The notes: generated by a model not told the origin, from the sequence alone. 64,000 nt of DNA from Candidatus Wirthbacteria bacterium (GCA_903889905.1 CAISZI010000047.1:80096-144095); one strand, 5' to 3'. Shown: positions 10,243 through 19,791, counted from the first letter of the stretch. Translations and numbers: made by a program.

Positions 10243-13125
10243 TTAATTGGAAAATGACCATAAATCATAAACCTCTTTAAGCGTCACGTACACCACCGGA
10301 CCGGCGTCTTCGCTGAACAATGACTGATCGGTCGTGCCCAACACCAGGTCCATTTTGGGCAAATCGGTTTGCTCCCAAATCGGATGGCTCAGAAATACGA
10401 TCACTTTCTGGCTGTCTGCCTCACCGCCAGCGTAATTCTGCTGATAACGCGCAAGCATCTGTTCTGCAGTATACGCATAGGCATCCGCCCCGTTGTTGGG
10501 AATTTCCATAAACGTACCCACCGTCGTGGCTGGTTTGTTCTGGTTGCTGGTGGATGGAAAAAAAGGTTGCGTCGTGGCGGTCAGATCCCAGGGGCTCAAG
10601 ACTTTACCATTCCACATTTTTTTCTCGCGCCCCGACGCATCAAACAAGTAGCCCCGCTCACGGAGGACATTCAGTTGCGCAGTATTGATAAACCAGCCAC
10701 CGGCGCGATAGGCACTCGGTTGCGGCAGGCCATGCGCGTTGAATTCGCTTTCGGCCCAATGCAGCATCTGGTTGAATTCGGTGGCCGAGTAAGCGGTCGT
10801 TTTGGTATCGTAGCCACTATCGAGCGGATTGCTGCTTTTGTAACCCCACCTGGGACCGGACCTGGGCGTCACCCCGGCAGCCTGCACCATATTGTCCTGC
10901 ATGTGGAGATGCAACTCGATTTCATCGCCGTAATTCCCGGACCGATCCGTGACCCACTTGGTTAAATAATCCGCACGGGCTTTAGTCATGACATCAGCGA
11001 GGTATATGCGCGGATTAAAAAAATGCGTCAACGGCAAGTCATGGTGACGCTTCACCTGGGCGGTAATCGCATCCAGATTGGCTTGTGGCACATCCCAGCC
11101 TTCCCAGTCCATAGTCCAGGCGACCAGCACCGGCTCCGAGACCATAATCCTGACAATGCGGCTCAATCTTGTACCATCCTGTTGTTTGGCCGTCACCACC
11201 ACGTCCAGATTGCCCGCGGGCAGTGTACTGGGATCGATATCGGCGCTAAACTCACCAGCGGCACCGGCATCCATCACTCCCGTCATGGTCGTATTGCTGA
11301 CGGCATAGGTAGCTGATTGGGCATGCACTGCCGTGGCGATCAAAATAACCGGTGGCGACGACACGCCCATCGGCGCACGGCGCAAAAACCACAGCCGATT
11401 GACACTCACCTGCAAGCCATTGTCCATTTCATCCCCCAGTTTCGTCTCAAAGTGACTGGCTTCGGTTCCACCGCTTAACAACTCCCGGTCAAGCGCACTA
11501 GCACCACCATAATACAAAAAATAACGATTGTCGGTGGTGCCGGGGTAGATGCGTTCCTGGCTCGCGAAAACAATTTCCGCCTTGTCTGTATTGGCATTCG
11601 CCAGAGAAAAGGGAACAGCTTTGTATTGATTTTTGGCAAAGTAAACCAGCTGCAAATCTTTACCATCTGCCAGACTCTTGGACGCTTTGACCAGTGCGCT
11701 GTGGTCAAAATGAAGCATGAGTCGAGCTTTGGCGTCGATTGGCACAAGCAGATCCTGATCCCGCGCACTAAGTTGCCGTGCGTAGGCAAAATTGCCGTCA
11801 TACCAGGGAACAGTCGCTTGATTGGCCCCGTTGATCGCAGGCAAGGGTTCATAATCTGATCCCACGATCTCACTTTTATCAATGCTGCCACCGATCGTGG
11901 AAGCCTGTCCGTTGTAATTAAAAATAATCCACACCAATCCGGAAAACAACACCGCCCCAATCAGCATGCGTTTGGTAAAACGATAACTGGACTGTGGCAC
12001 GACATGGTCGGCATTGAGACGAAAGATGGAATGGTTGGTTTTCCAGTTGAGCGAAGCGATCACCACGGTTGACACAAACAGCCCGGCAAACCAGACCAGC
12101 ACCACCCACGGCTCCCCAAATTGTGTACCCCAGAGGCGTTGGTAACAAAACAGCAGCAACAGATGCACTACGTACAGGTCAAACGCGTCTTTGCCCAGGT
12201 AGTACACCAGCCGCACTTCGGGCATCCACTTCCGGCCAATTTTAATCGTGTGGTAGAAAACGTAAAGCAAAAAAGAAAATGTCAGGCCAAGCATCAGAAA
12301 ACCCACCGACGGCGGCCACCGTAGCAGCGGGTCCAGCACTTGCAGCGGATAATGGTTGCTCAGATACCAGCACACTGCCGTGGCCACCGCAAAAACAATA
12401 CCGGCGATCAGTGCTGCCATACTTTTGCGCCACTGCGGCCGCTCGTGACTGATGAAGCGGCCAAACCACAACCCGATCAGATAAATCGGAAAGTATTGCA
12501 TGAGCGGAAACCGGTTCAGACCTTGCTCTCCCACCAGCAGTGCCTTGTATTCGTTCCATGGCGAGGCGAGCACAATCGGATAGAGCAGACAGGCGACCAG
12601 ATAAACCAGATATGAAACGACCAGGGTCAGCATCAGGTCGTGGCTGCATTTGTGGTAAAAGCGACGCAAAGGAACGGTGAGCAAGGCAAAGATCACAAAC
12701 GGGATGAGAAATTCACTAAAAGGCGGCAGATTCTGCCACAAAACCAGTTTGGCCCAGGACGAGAGGAAACTCTCCAGTGTCAAATTGGCAGTCGAGACCA
12801 AGAGCGAAGCCGTGCCCACCACATAAAATCCAAAAAGCACAGAAATCGCCCGCCGCATCGATGCCCGCCAAAGCACACCGGTTGTTTTGTGTTCATCCCG
12901 GATCGAGGCATAAAAAGCCGCAGCACCAGCGACAAACAAAAACAGGCTAAAACACAGCAGGTTACCGGTCCGGCCCAAAGCGTTTAAAAACCAGTTGGAA
13001 CCACTGTGAAAAAAATACACCGCATGTGCCAGAATCATCAGCAGCACAGCCGTCCCCCGGATGAAATCCAGCGAGGTTTCACGCGGCGGATGCACTGTTG
13101 GAGGGGAGGATGGCGCTGCGTTCAA
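10243..13125 (-). CDS. polytopic membrane fusion protein: N-terminal acyltransferase-3/DUF1624-like domain plus C-terminal extracytoplasmic carbohydrate-esterase/deacetylase-like domain
   Basis: N-terminus DFIRGTAVLLMILAH is typical of the acyltransferase_3/OpgC family, with about 10 TM helices. The C-terminal half (WTMDWEGWDV...HLHMQD) resembles divergent polysaccharide deacetylase-like folds; this second assignment is inferred. Confidence 0.5.
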   Translation of the reverse strand: MNAAPSSPPTVHPPRETSLDFIRGTAVLLMILAHAVYFFHSGSNWFLNALGRTGNLLCFSLFLFVAGAAAFYASIRDEHKTTGVLWRASMRRAISVLFGFYVVGTASLLVSTANLTLESFLSSWAKLVLWQNLPPFSEFLIPFVIFALLTVPLRRFYHKCSHDLMLTLVVSYLVYLVACLLYPIVLASPWNEYKALLVGEQGLNRFPLMQYFPIYLIGLWFGRFISHERPQWRKSMAALIAGIVFAVATAVCWYLSNHYPLQVLDPLLRWPPSVGFLMLGLTFSFLLYVFYHTIKIGRKWMPEVRLVYYLGKDAFDLYVVHLLLLFCYQRLWGTQFGEPWVVLVWFAGLFVSTVVIASLNWKTNHSIFRLNADHVVPQSSYRFTKRMLIGAVLFSGLVWIIFNYNGQASTIGGSIDKSEIVGSDYEPLPAINGANQATVPWYDGNFAYARQLSARDQDLLVPIDAKARLMLHFDHSALVKASKSLADGKDLQLVYFAKNQYKAVPFSLANANTDKAEIVFASQERIYPGTTDNRYFLYYGGASALDRELLSGGTEASHFETKLGDEMDNGLQVSVNRLWFLRRAPMGVSSPPVILIATAVHAQSATYAVSNTTMTGVMDAGAAGEFSADIDPSTLPAGNLDVVVTAKQQDGTRLSRIVRIMVSEPVLVAWTMDWEGWDVPQANLDAITAQVKRHHDLPLTHFFNPRIYLADVMTKARADYLTKWVTDRSGNYGDEIELHLHMQDNMVQAAGVTPRSGPRWGYKSSNPLDSGYDTKTTAYSATEFNQMLHWAESEFNAHGLPQPSAYRAGGWFINTAQLNVLRERGYLFDASGREKKMWNGKVLSPWDLTATTQPFFPSTSNQNKPATTVGTFMEIPNNGADAYAYTAEQMLARYQQNYAGGEADSQKVIVFLSHPIWEQTDLPKMDLVLGTTDQSLFSEDAGPVVYVTLKEVYDLWSFSN

Positions 13126-13194
13126 TTTGGTTCCCGTTGTTGAGAGTCAAGTTGGGCAAAGTATACCAAAAAGTTACGCCGGGCGTCGAACCGA

Positions 13195-13935
13195 TTATCC
13201 GTTCCAAAGTCTTTTTGACACAAGCCCAAAAGACAAAGTGAGCCGCTGCAGCTGATGCCATGCCTGTAACCCAAACCGTAAATATTGGCGGACCGGTAAG
13301 CTCGATTTACCAGCAGTACGCTCAAAATGCTGCACCGACAGCTCAAACAGTACTTGCTCACGACAGGCCAGCAGGGCCATCGCAATGTTGGGCACCAAGG
13401 TTGTCGTTTCGAACAGCGCTAACTTTTTGACCAGCCAATCCCGGCGTATCAGACGAAACGGACTATTGGTGTCGCGCAAGTACGTTTTAAAACGCCAGAG
13501 GAGTCCCGCACGCAAAATCCAACTCCCCAGTCGTCGCACCCAAGGATCATTCCTCTCTCTCCGTACGCCCAAAACCACTATTGCCGCGTCCCTTTTGTTC
13601 CACAACAAAGCAAAATCCGCCAGATCAAACTGCCGGTCGCCATCCACCTGAAACACCCACTTGCCACGCACCGCCGCATAGCCAACAAGTAGCGCACTGC
13701 CATGCCCGCAGTTGATCAGTTGCCGCAGGACTCTGAGCCAAGGGTAGCGTCCCAAAAGCTGTTGCAAAAGTTGCGTGGTTCCATCCGTGCTGGCGTCATC
13801 GACCATCACCACTTCTAGCGCAGGCACCAGGGGGACAACCTGCTGTTGCAGCTCTTCCAGCAGACTTCTTAGGTTTTGCGCTTCGTTGTAGATCGGGATA
13901 ACAACCGAAAGCTCAGGATTTGACGGTGTAGTCAT
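13195..13935 (-). CDS. family 2 glycosyltransferase (DPM1/GtrB-like)
   Basis: LSVVIPIYNE...VVMVDDASTDGT...QVDGD motifs. Start chosen at MTTPSNPELS (ATG 13933-13935) rather than the longer 13195..14175 ORF, because the upstream part overlaps queH. Confidence 0.75.
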   Translation of the reverse strand: MTTPSNPELSVVIPIYNEAQNLRSLLEELQQQVVPLVPALEVVMVDDASTDGTTQLLQQLLGRYPWLRVLRQLINCGHGSALLVGYAAVRGKWVFQVDGDRQFDLADFALLWNKRDAAIVVLGVRRERNDPWVRRLGSWILRAGLLWRFKTYLRDTNSPFRLIRRDWLVKKLALFETTTLVPNIAMALLACREQVLFELSVQHFERTAGKSSLPVRQYLRFGLQAWHQLQRLTLSFGLVSKRLWNG

Positions 13936-14524
13936 TGCCCTCACGCTGTTGCATGGAATACTGACATCCGCAGTAATCCTGACGATAAAACTGCTCCGTG
14001 GCAATGATGCGCAGCATGCGTTCCTGCCCGCCTTGTTTGCGCCAGTTGAAATCCCAGAACTGAATGCCATGCGTTGCGGCTGCCTGCCTGCCGCAGGCGT
14101 ACACCTGTTGCTGGTTTTTCCAGCGTGAAATGCCCAAACTGGTCGCAAAGACATCATAACCAAAAGTTTTGGCATATTCAGCTGACCGTCTCAGGCGTAA
14201 ATCAAAACAGACAGTGCAGCGTTTGCCACGTTCCGGCTCATGTTCCAACCCGATTGTTGCTTTAACCCATAGCTCAGGCTGGTAATCGGCGTCGATAAAC
14301 TCAAGGTTGCGTTTGATGGCAAAGCGTTTGATCTCGGCTTTCCGGCGCTCGTACTCAGCCAACGGATAAATATTGGGATTGAAGAAAAAAACCGTTGGCT
14401 GAATCCCACTTTCCAGCAGCCACTCCAGCATACCTCCGGCGCAGGGCCCGCAGCAGGTATGCAGCAGTAAATGGGACGTTCCAGCAGGAAGTTGTAATTG
14501 CATAGACGTATTGTAACGAATCAA
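13913..14524 (-). CDS. queH: epoxyqueuosine reductase QueH (DUF208)
   Basis: HTCCGPCAG Fe-S cluster motif and overall DUF208/QueH pattern (FFNPNIYP, CFDLRL, CGC). Confidence 0.8.
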   Translation of the reverse strand: MIRYNTSMQLQLPAGTSHLLLHTCCGPCAGGMLEWLLESGIQPTVFFFNPNIYPLAEYERRKAEIKRFAIKRNLEFIDADYQPELWVKATIGLEHEPERGKRCTVCFDLRLRRSAEYAKTFGYDVFATSLGISRWKNQQQVYACGRQAAATHGIQFWDFNWRKQGGQERMLRIIATEQFYRQDYCGCQYSMQQREGNDYTVKS

Positions 14525-14631
14525 CCGCTAACCTCCAAGCCTTATCTGATCATCATCTGGTTGTGCTGATGGTGTTGAATCCATTATCATAGATGCAAAC
14601 AGTTGCCGATTACTTTTCATGGAGCATAGCG

Positions 14632-15528
14632 ATGCGGAAAAAAATTCTCATTATTCTGGGCGTGCTGATCGGTTTAATTGTGATTATCGTGGCGCTGGCC
14701 TTTTTTCTGACCCAGGGCGCTGTCACTGCCGTAACCGATGAGCTTGCCGCGCTCAAAGCCAAAAATACAGACAATGCCTATGCGCTCACAGATGCCGCCT
14801 TTCAATCAGCCACAGCCAAAACCACCTTTCAGTCTTATCTTGATGCCAACCCGTACCTCACCACCTACCAGAGTTATTCGATTCCGGAACGTTCCACCGA
14901 AAACAACTCTGGCAAGGTCGTCGTTGCACTCAAAGACCAAACCGGAACTGTCATCCGTTATAACTTTTACGTCCAAAAAGACGCCAACACCTGGAAAGTC
15001 CACGCCATCGAAGTCTTCCCCGACGACAAGTCCAAAATACCCGCCGTGGCTCTCCCGTCATTCAAAACCTATGAAATCACTTCCCAGGCCTATACCGATC
15101 AAGGCTACACCCTGACACTGCCCAAATCCTTTACCGTCGAGCACCCTGACAAATACAGCACGACGGCATACGGCACCGGTGCCGAAGACAAGGAAGTCAC
15201 CATCGATATCCAAAAAATCATCCTGATTGATCCTGCCGTCGAATTGGACAAACTCAAAAACCAATTCAAACAGATCGACCCCAACAACAAATTCGGCAAC
15301 GAAACTGACTACACCTATACCTTTGCCGATGGCACCAGCGTCCTCAGCAAAAGTGTGCTGGTCACATTCAAACAGGACAACAAAGACTACAAACAATGGG
15401 TTCTGCTTGTTCCCAATACCAAAACCGGCATCCTCTATTTCTGGACTTATACGACACCAGTCTCTCTGTTTGAGAAATACATCACCCTGGCGCAGGACAT
15501 TGCCAAAGCCTGGGATATCGCCCTATAG
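14632..15528 (+). CDS. membrane-anchored hypothetical protein
   Basis: Start at MRKKILIILGVLIGLIVIIVALAFFL (GGAG RBS 8 nt upstream); the rest is hydrophilic and probably extracytoplasmic. Confidence 0.55.
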   Translation: MRKKILIILGVLIGLIVIIVALAFFLTQGAVTAVTDELAALKAKNTDNAYALTDAAFQSATAKTTFQSYLDANPYLTTYQSYSIPERSTENNSGKVVVALKDQTGTVIRYNFYVQKDANTWKVHAIEVFPDDKSKIPAVALPSFKTYEITSQAYTDQGYTLTLPKSFTVEHPDKYSTTAYGTGAEDKEVTIDIQKIILIDPAVELDKLKNQFKQIDPNNKFGNETDYTYTFADGTSVLSKSVLVTFKQDNKDYKQWVLLVPNTKTGILYFWTYTTPVSLFEKYITLAQDIAKAWDIAL

Positions 15529-15542
15529 GAACGCTCTAAAAG

Positions 15543-15703
15543 GTAATTCTCCAACCGCCCCAATGAAACCCATCCTTGGGGCGGGTTTGTTGAGGGCGGC
15601 TTCGTGGGAAGCTGTGACGACACTGCCGCCAGAATTATTCAACAAACAGTACGATCAGCTCGGGCGCGATTTGAAGACGCCCTCAACAAACCCACCCCAA
15701 GGG
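15543..15703. promoter_or_regulatory. structured intergenic element with nested inverted repeats
   Basis: AACCGCCCCAA / TTGGGGCGGGTT hairpin (15543-15577). A 14-bp long-range inverted repeat GTTTGTTGAGGGCG (15575-15588) pairs with CGCCCTCAACAAAC (15679-15692). CCCCAAGGGG at 15694-15703. Confidence 0.35.
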
Positions 15704-15819
15704 GAGACACCCAAAGGGAGACGCTTCCCATCACCGCCCAATTCCCCTTATAATGCCTTCGTTCAACGGGTTGCCTTTTCCCATCTCCCAACCCAATTAC
15801 TCATTACCAAGCACTGCTT

Positions 15820-16737
15820 ATGAGCGTGATCAAAGTTCAAGACCTGCACAAACACTACGGTGACCTGCAGGCTGTGGATGGCATTTCCTTTGACGTGAAC
15901 GAAGGTGAAATCTTCGGGCTCTTAGGCCCCAACGGCGCCGGCAAAACCACCACCATCGAAATCATCGAAGGCCTGCGCCCCAAAGACAACGGCGTGGTCG
16001 AATTGCTCAACCTGGACGTGGCCAAAAAGCTGCAGGACGTCAAGGAAACGATCGGGGTGCAATTGCAGGCAAGCTCGATGATTGACCTGCTTACTGTGCG
16101 GGAAATTCTTAATCTCTTTTCGTCTTTTTACAAACACCGTGCTGATATCAACAAGCTGATGCATGACATGAATCTCACGGAAAAAGCGAAAACTTTGACC
16201 AAAGAATTAAGCGGCGGCCAAAAACAACGACTGGCGATTGCATTGGCGCTAGTCAACGATCCATTGGTAGTATTCCTCGACGAACCAACTACCGGATTAG
16301 ACCCGCAAGCCAGACGATCCCTGTGGGAAGTCATCCGTTCTATTCAAAAGCAAAAGAAAACGGTATTGCTCACGACGCACTATATGGAAGAAGCCGAAGT
16401 GCTGTGCGATCGCATCGCCATCATGGACCACGGCAAAATCCTGGCCATGGACACGCCGCAAAATCTGATCAACACATATTTCAAAGAAAAAACGATTGAA
16501 ATCGAATTCACGGAACAAATTCCGCAGCTCGACTGGTGTAAACAAATCCCCAAAGTCGAAAGCTGCCATGCCGACGGCCAGTTGCTCACCCTCTACACGA
16601 CGCACTCGCAAACCGTGCTCAGCAAAACGCTGGAACTCGCGGCGGCAGAAAAATGGACCTTCAAAGATGTCCGCATCCGCAGTGCCACGCTCGAAGACGT
16701 TTTCCTCAAACTTACCGGCAGCCGCATTCGCGAATAA
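15820..16737 (+). CDS. ABC transporter ATP-binding protein
   Basis: Walker A GPNGAGKTT, signature LSGGQKQR, Walker B VVFLDEPTTGLD. Confidence 0.9.
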   Translation: MSVIKVQDLHKHYGDLQAVDGISFDVNEGEIFGLLGPNGAGKTTTIEIIEGLRPKDNGVVELLNLDVAKKLQDVKETIGVQLQASSMIDLLTVREILNLFSSFYKHRADINKLMHDMNLTEKAKTLTKELSGGQKQRLAIALALVNDPLVVFLDEPTTGLDPQARRSLWEVIRSIQKQKKTVLLTTHYMEEAEVLCDRIAIMDHGKILAMDTPQNLINTYFKEKTIEIEFTEQIPQLDWCKQIPKVESCHADGQLLTLYTTHSQTVLSKTLELAAAEKWTFKDVRIRSATLEDVFLKLTGSRIRE

Positions 16738-16752
16738 CAGGATCAAGCCAAA

Positions 16753-17832
16753 ATGAACAAAACCCTCAAACTGCTTCAAGCCAATCTGCTGGAACTTACC
16801 CGCAACCGCGCCGCCATTTTCTGGACGATCATGTTCCCGATCATGTTCATCCTCATCTTTGGCTTGATTTACACCAACAACGACACCAGCAAACTCAAAG
16901 TCGGCCTGGTGGTAAACGACCCAAGCCCGGTGACCCAGCAAATCAGCGACAGCGTCGCCAAAATCCCGGTATTTGAAATCAAGTCCGGGACGCAGGCTGA
17001 CCTCGAAGACCAGCTTAAAAACGGCAAATTGAGCGCGGTCATCATCTTTGGCCAAACCTTTAGCCAGGATCTGGCCAAACAAAAAGCGGAAATCATCATC
17101 AAGTACGACCCCGGCAGTCAGACCACGGCACAAATCGCAATCTCGGCCTTGCATGCGGCGACCGAACAAATCAACCAAGGCATCACCCAGGTCAAACAAC
17201 CCGTTACGGTTGTCTCCACTTCGGTGCAAGCCCAAAAAACGCGCCAGATCGACTGGCTCGTTGCCGGCATCCTGGGCATGTCGATCATGCAGCTCGGTTT
17301 GTTTTCCTCGGCCGCGCTGGTCACGCTGCGGGAAAAGAAAATCCTGCGGCGCTTTGCCGTGACACCGGTTAGCCGCATCCATATCGTCATCGCCCAGGTT
17401 CTCTTCCGTCTCTGTTTTGGACTGACCCAAAGTACCGTGCTGCTGATCACGGGACGACTCGTTTACCACGTGCAAATTGACGGCAATATCCTGCTCATGT
17501 ACGGCGTCATCATCCTGGGCCTGATGATGTTCCTCGCCATGGGTTACATCATCGCCTCGCTTGCCAAAAACGAGGAAGTCGTGGAACCGCTGGTTCAAGT
17601 CTTCAGCATGCCGATGATGTTCCTGAGTGGCGTATTCTTCCCCATCGACCTAATGCCCAAATTCATCCAGCCCGTGATCAAAATTCTGCCCCTTTCGTAT
17701 CTCAACAACGCCCTGCGTGCCGTCATCAATAACAACCAAAGCCTCTATGCCATCCGCATGGACATTACGGTTATGGCTATCTGGCTGGTTGTGTCGCTGG
17801 TGGTGGCAGTTAGATTATTCAAATGGGAATAG
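16753..17832 (+). CDS. ABC-2 type transporter permease
   Basis: Six TM helices with a large N-terminal extracytoplasmic loop; typical ABC-2 family layout immediately downstream of the ATPase. Confidence 0.85.
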   Translation: MNKTLKLLQANLLELTRNRAAIFWTIMFPIMFILIFGLIYTNNDTSKLKVGLVVNDPSPVTQQISDSVAKIPVFEIKSGTQADLEDQLKNGKLSAVIIFGQTFSQDLAKQKAEIIIKYDPGSQTTAQIAISALHAATEQINQGITQVKQPVTVVSTSVQAQKTRQIDWLVAGILGMSIMQLGLFSSAALVTLREKKILRRFAVTPVSRIHIVIAQVLFRLCFGLTQSTVLLITGRLVYHVQIDGNILLMYGVIILGLMMFLAMGYIIASLAKNEEVVEPLVQVFSMPMMFLSGVFFPIDLMPKFIQPVIKILPLSYLNNALRAVINNNQSLYAIRMDITVMAIWLVVSLVVAVRLFKWE

Positions 17833-17876
17833 ACGTAAAATTCTAAATACGAATAACTAACATCCAAACTAAACCA

Positions 17877-17906
17877 GGGGCAGGCTTCACGCCTGCCTCT
17901 TTTTGT
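17877..17906 (+). terminator. intrinsic terminator after the ABC-2 permease
   Basis: GGCAGGC-TTCAC-GCCTGCC stem-loop followed by TCTTTTTGT. Confidence 0.7.
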
Positions 17907-18290
17907 GTCTGTCTTTATCTCCTGTTTGGTGATTAGTGCATAGAATTTAGTTATTATTTCCCTCTCTATCTCTCCATCAATTCTTCACACAATGGCGCTA
18001 TAGTAAGGATGTTGAAAGGTACACAAAACAAAAAATCCAAAATAGCTACTTATCCATCAGTAGGAGATAAAAGCAAAATGCAAAACAAAAAACTCAAAAA
18101 ATTCTGGTCGTCCGCCTACAATTTGCAAGTTCCCCTCAACACCCGCGGTCACCCTTAATACCCTGTCCCCTATTTCCGGGGTAGCACCCGAACACCAGCC
18201 CCGGCTGCTACCCCAAACCAAAATCCGACTTCCAGCCCCGGATTTAGACCAAGCCTTACATTTATTCATTAAAACAAATACCCAACACCC

Positions 18291-18488
18291 ATGCCGTACC
18301 GCTTCCAACTTATTAATGAAAGTCAAAATTACTCAATCTCCCATGATTATCTCTATACTGCCTTTGTCAAAAAGCGTTTGTCTCCTACCCTCCAGCCCCG
18401 GGAGACATTAACCTCAAACATTCACGACAGGTCGAGACCCAGCTTAGCTTTTAATTTTGAGGAAAACCCCATTCCGTCACCAGTCTAA
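18291..18488 (+). CDS. small hypothetical protein with QNYSISHDYLY motif (paralog A)
   Basis: Shares a 35-nt block with ORF 18659..18895. Differences in that block are mostly synonymous (see findings). No clear RBS. Confidence 0.3.
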   Translation: MPYRFQLINESQNYSISHDYLYTAFVKKRLSPTLQPRETLTSNIHDRSRPSLAFNFEENPIPSPV

Positions 18489-18658
18489 TCCCACTGGTAC
18501 GGTTGATCTTGAACTTCCGCCTCAAGTTTGCCTGATGCTATTCACGGCAAACTTTTCCTTACCAGCCATTTTGTAAGCCTTACCGCCCCCACATGGTTGA
18601 CCTCTACCGCTATTCAGACTATAATAATATGATAATCAAATTTCTATGAACTGCAGCC

Positions 18659-18895
18659 ATGCACAAGCCCCGTTCTCGACATCTTTACCAAAACTACTCC
18701 GTAGCCCATGATTACCTTTACGTTAATCATGGCAAACCAATCCTTTCGGGCAGCCCGAGAATGATTTTTAAATACGACAAACAGACCATCTTTGGCCCAC
18801 CCAAAAGGCAAAATTCAGCAACCATGACCAGAACCAAAGCAACCGCCGATCCGCCACTTTCACTCTTGGGTAAACTGGGCCAAATGTTATTTTAA
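18659..18895 (+). CDS. small hypothetical protein with QNYSVAHDYLY motif (paralog B)
   Basis: Same conserved motif as 18291..18488, with codon-level conservation. Confidence 0.3.
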   Translation: MHKPRSRHLYQNYSVAHDYLYVNHGKPILSGSPRMIFKYDKQTIFGPPKRQNSATMTRTKATADPPLSLLGKLGQMLF

Positions 18896-18961
18896 GCATT
18901 GCTACTCACCTCGCTGCGTGGTATAGACAACCCATCGGCTATTATGTAGAGGCAGGTAGCG

Positions 18962-19357
18962 ATGGACATCTATTTTACGGGCAAGGGCCAGCAGGTTTTT
19001 GCTGATTTCAAAGGCTTTACCATCCAAACCGACCAGAGCGCCGCTGCTGGGGGAACGGGGATAGCCCCCAATCCATTCCAGCTTTTCCTGGTGTCGATAG
19101 GCACTTGCGCTGGCTACTACGTGCTGCAGTTTTGCCAGGAACGTGGGATCGATGTAAGTGACATTCGCCTGCACGCCGACTTTGAACGGGACAGCATCAC
19201 CAACCTGACCACCAAGATCAGCATCAGCATTCAACTTCCATCTTCTTTTCCTGCCAAATACAAAACTGCATTAGAACGTGCCGCAAACCAGTGCACGGTC
19301 AAAAAGCATCTCGTTCATCCACCCGAAATTCTGATCCAGGCCAAACTCGCCGAATAA
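18962..19357 (+). CDS. OsmC/Ohr family peroxiredoxin-like protein
   Basis: PNPFQLFLVSIGTCAG motif typical of OsmC-like proteins. Confidence 0.8.
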   Translation: MDIYFTGKGQQVFADFKGFTIQTDQSAAAGGTGIAPNPFQLFLVSIGTCAGYYVLQFCQERGIDVSDIRLHADFERDSITNLTTKISISIQLPSSFPAKYKTALERAANQCTVKKHLVHPPEILIQAKLAE

Positions 19358-19363
19358 CCGAAA

Positions 19364-19663
19364 CTATTCCACCGACTGCGCATCCGCTTCGTCCAGACCC
19401 CAAAGGTGCGCGAATTCGTGTTTGGTGATGCGGTAAAGTTCGTCATAAGTCACGCTGTGGATATTGCGCAGATAATAGACAATTTTGGTGGGTACGCCAC
19501 CCCCGCGTGTCGTAGTTGCCAGGACGATATGACGGCCACTTACGGGCGCTGCTTCAGTATCCAGCTCGATCACGTAATTGTCGGCACGCTTAAACCAGGA
19601 TTCCTGCTGCAATGCAGCATAAACCTGATCTAACACCAGCTGAAAATCTTCAAGTCTAACCAT
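19364..19663 (-). CDS. small putative zincin-like metalloprotease (HEXXH)
   Basis: HEFAHLWGLDE motif near the C-terminus. Start chosen at MVRLEDF (ATG 19661-19663); the longer ORF extends to 19798 but would overlap the trpS start. Confidence 0.45.
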   Translation of the reverse strand: MVRLEDFQLVLDQVYAALQQESWFKRADNYVIELDTEAAPVSGRHIVLATTTRGGGVPTKIVYYLRNIHSVTYDELYRITKHEFAHLWGLDEADAQSVE

Positions 19664-19791
19664 CGTTGTCCTTTGATGCGTGACGATTGAATTATAGCAG
19701 AAGCATCGTGCAAGGTTTTCACGCTGCCTTGCTTTAAAATTCCATTTGCGGCAAAATTGCACTCGCTTGTTGCTCCACTTGAAAGCTAACC

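Noticed and set aside
13195-14175. Longer 326-aa version of the GT2 gene
   Set aside because: The N-terminal 80 codons overlap the queH 3' region in another frame and lack GT2 features. The GT2 domain begins right after the internal ATG at 13933-13935.
15227-15823. 198-aa ORF across the structured intergenic region
   Set aside because: Pro/Thr/Ser/Asn low-complexity translation, no RBS; it spans hairpin-rich DNA between two well-supported genes.
16297-17598. 433-aa minus-strand ORF spanning the ABC ATPase/permease genes
   Set aside because: Antisense to two genes with unmistakable Walker/ABC-2 motifs; translation is Asp/Gly/Arg-rich low complexity.
17907-18950. tRNA or tmRNA in the low-coding region
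   Set aside because: No GTTCRANYC T-loop with a matching acceptor stem found by eye. The GGGGTAGCA/TGCTACCCC hairpin lacks cloverleaf context. Left as an unassigned structured region.
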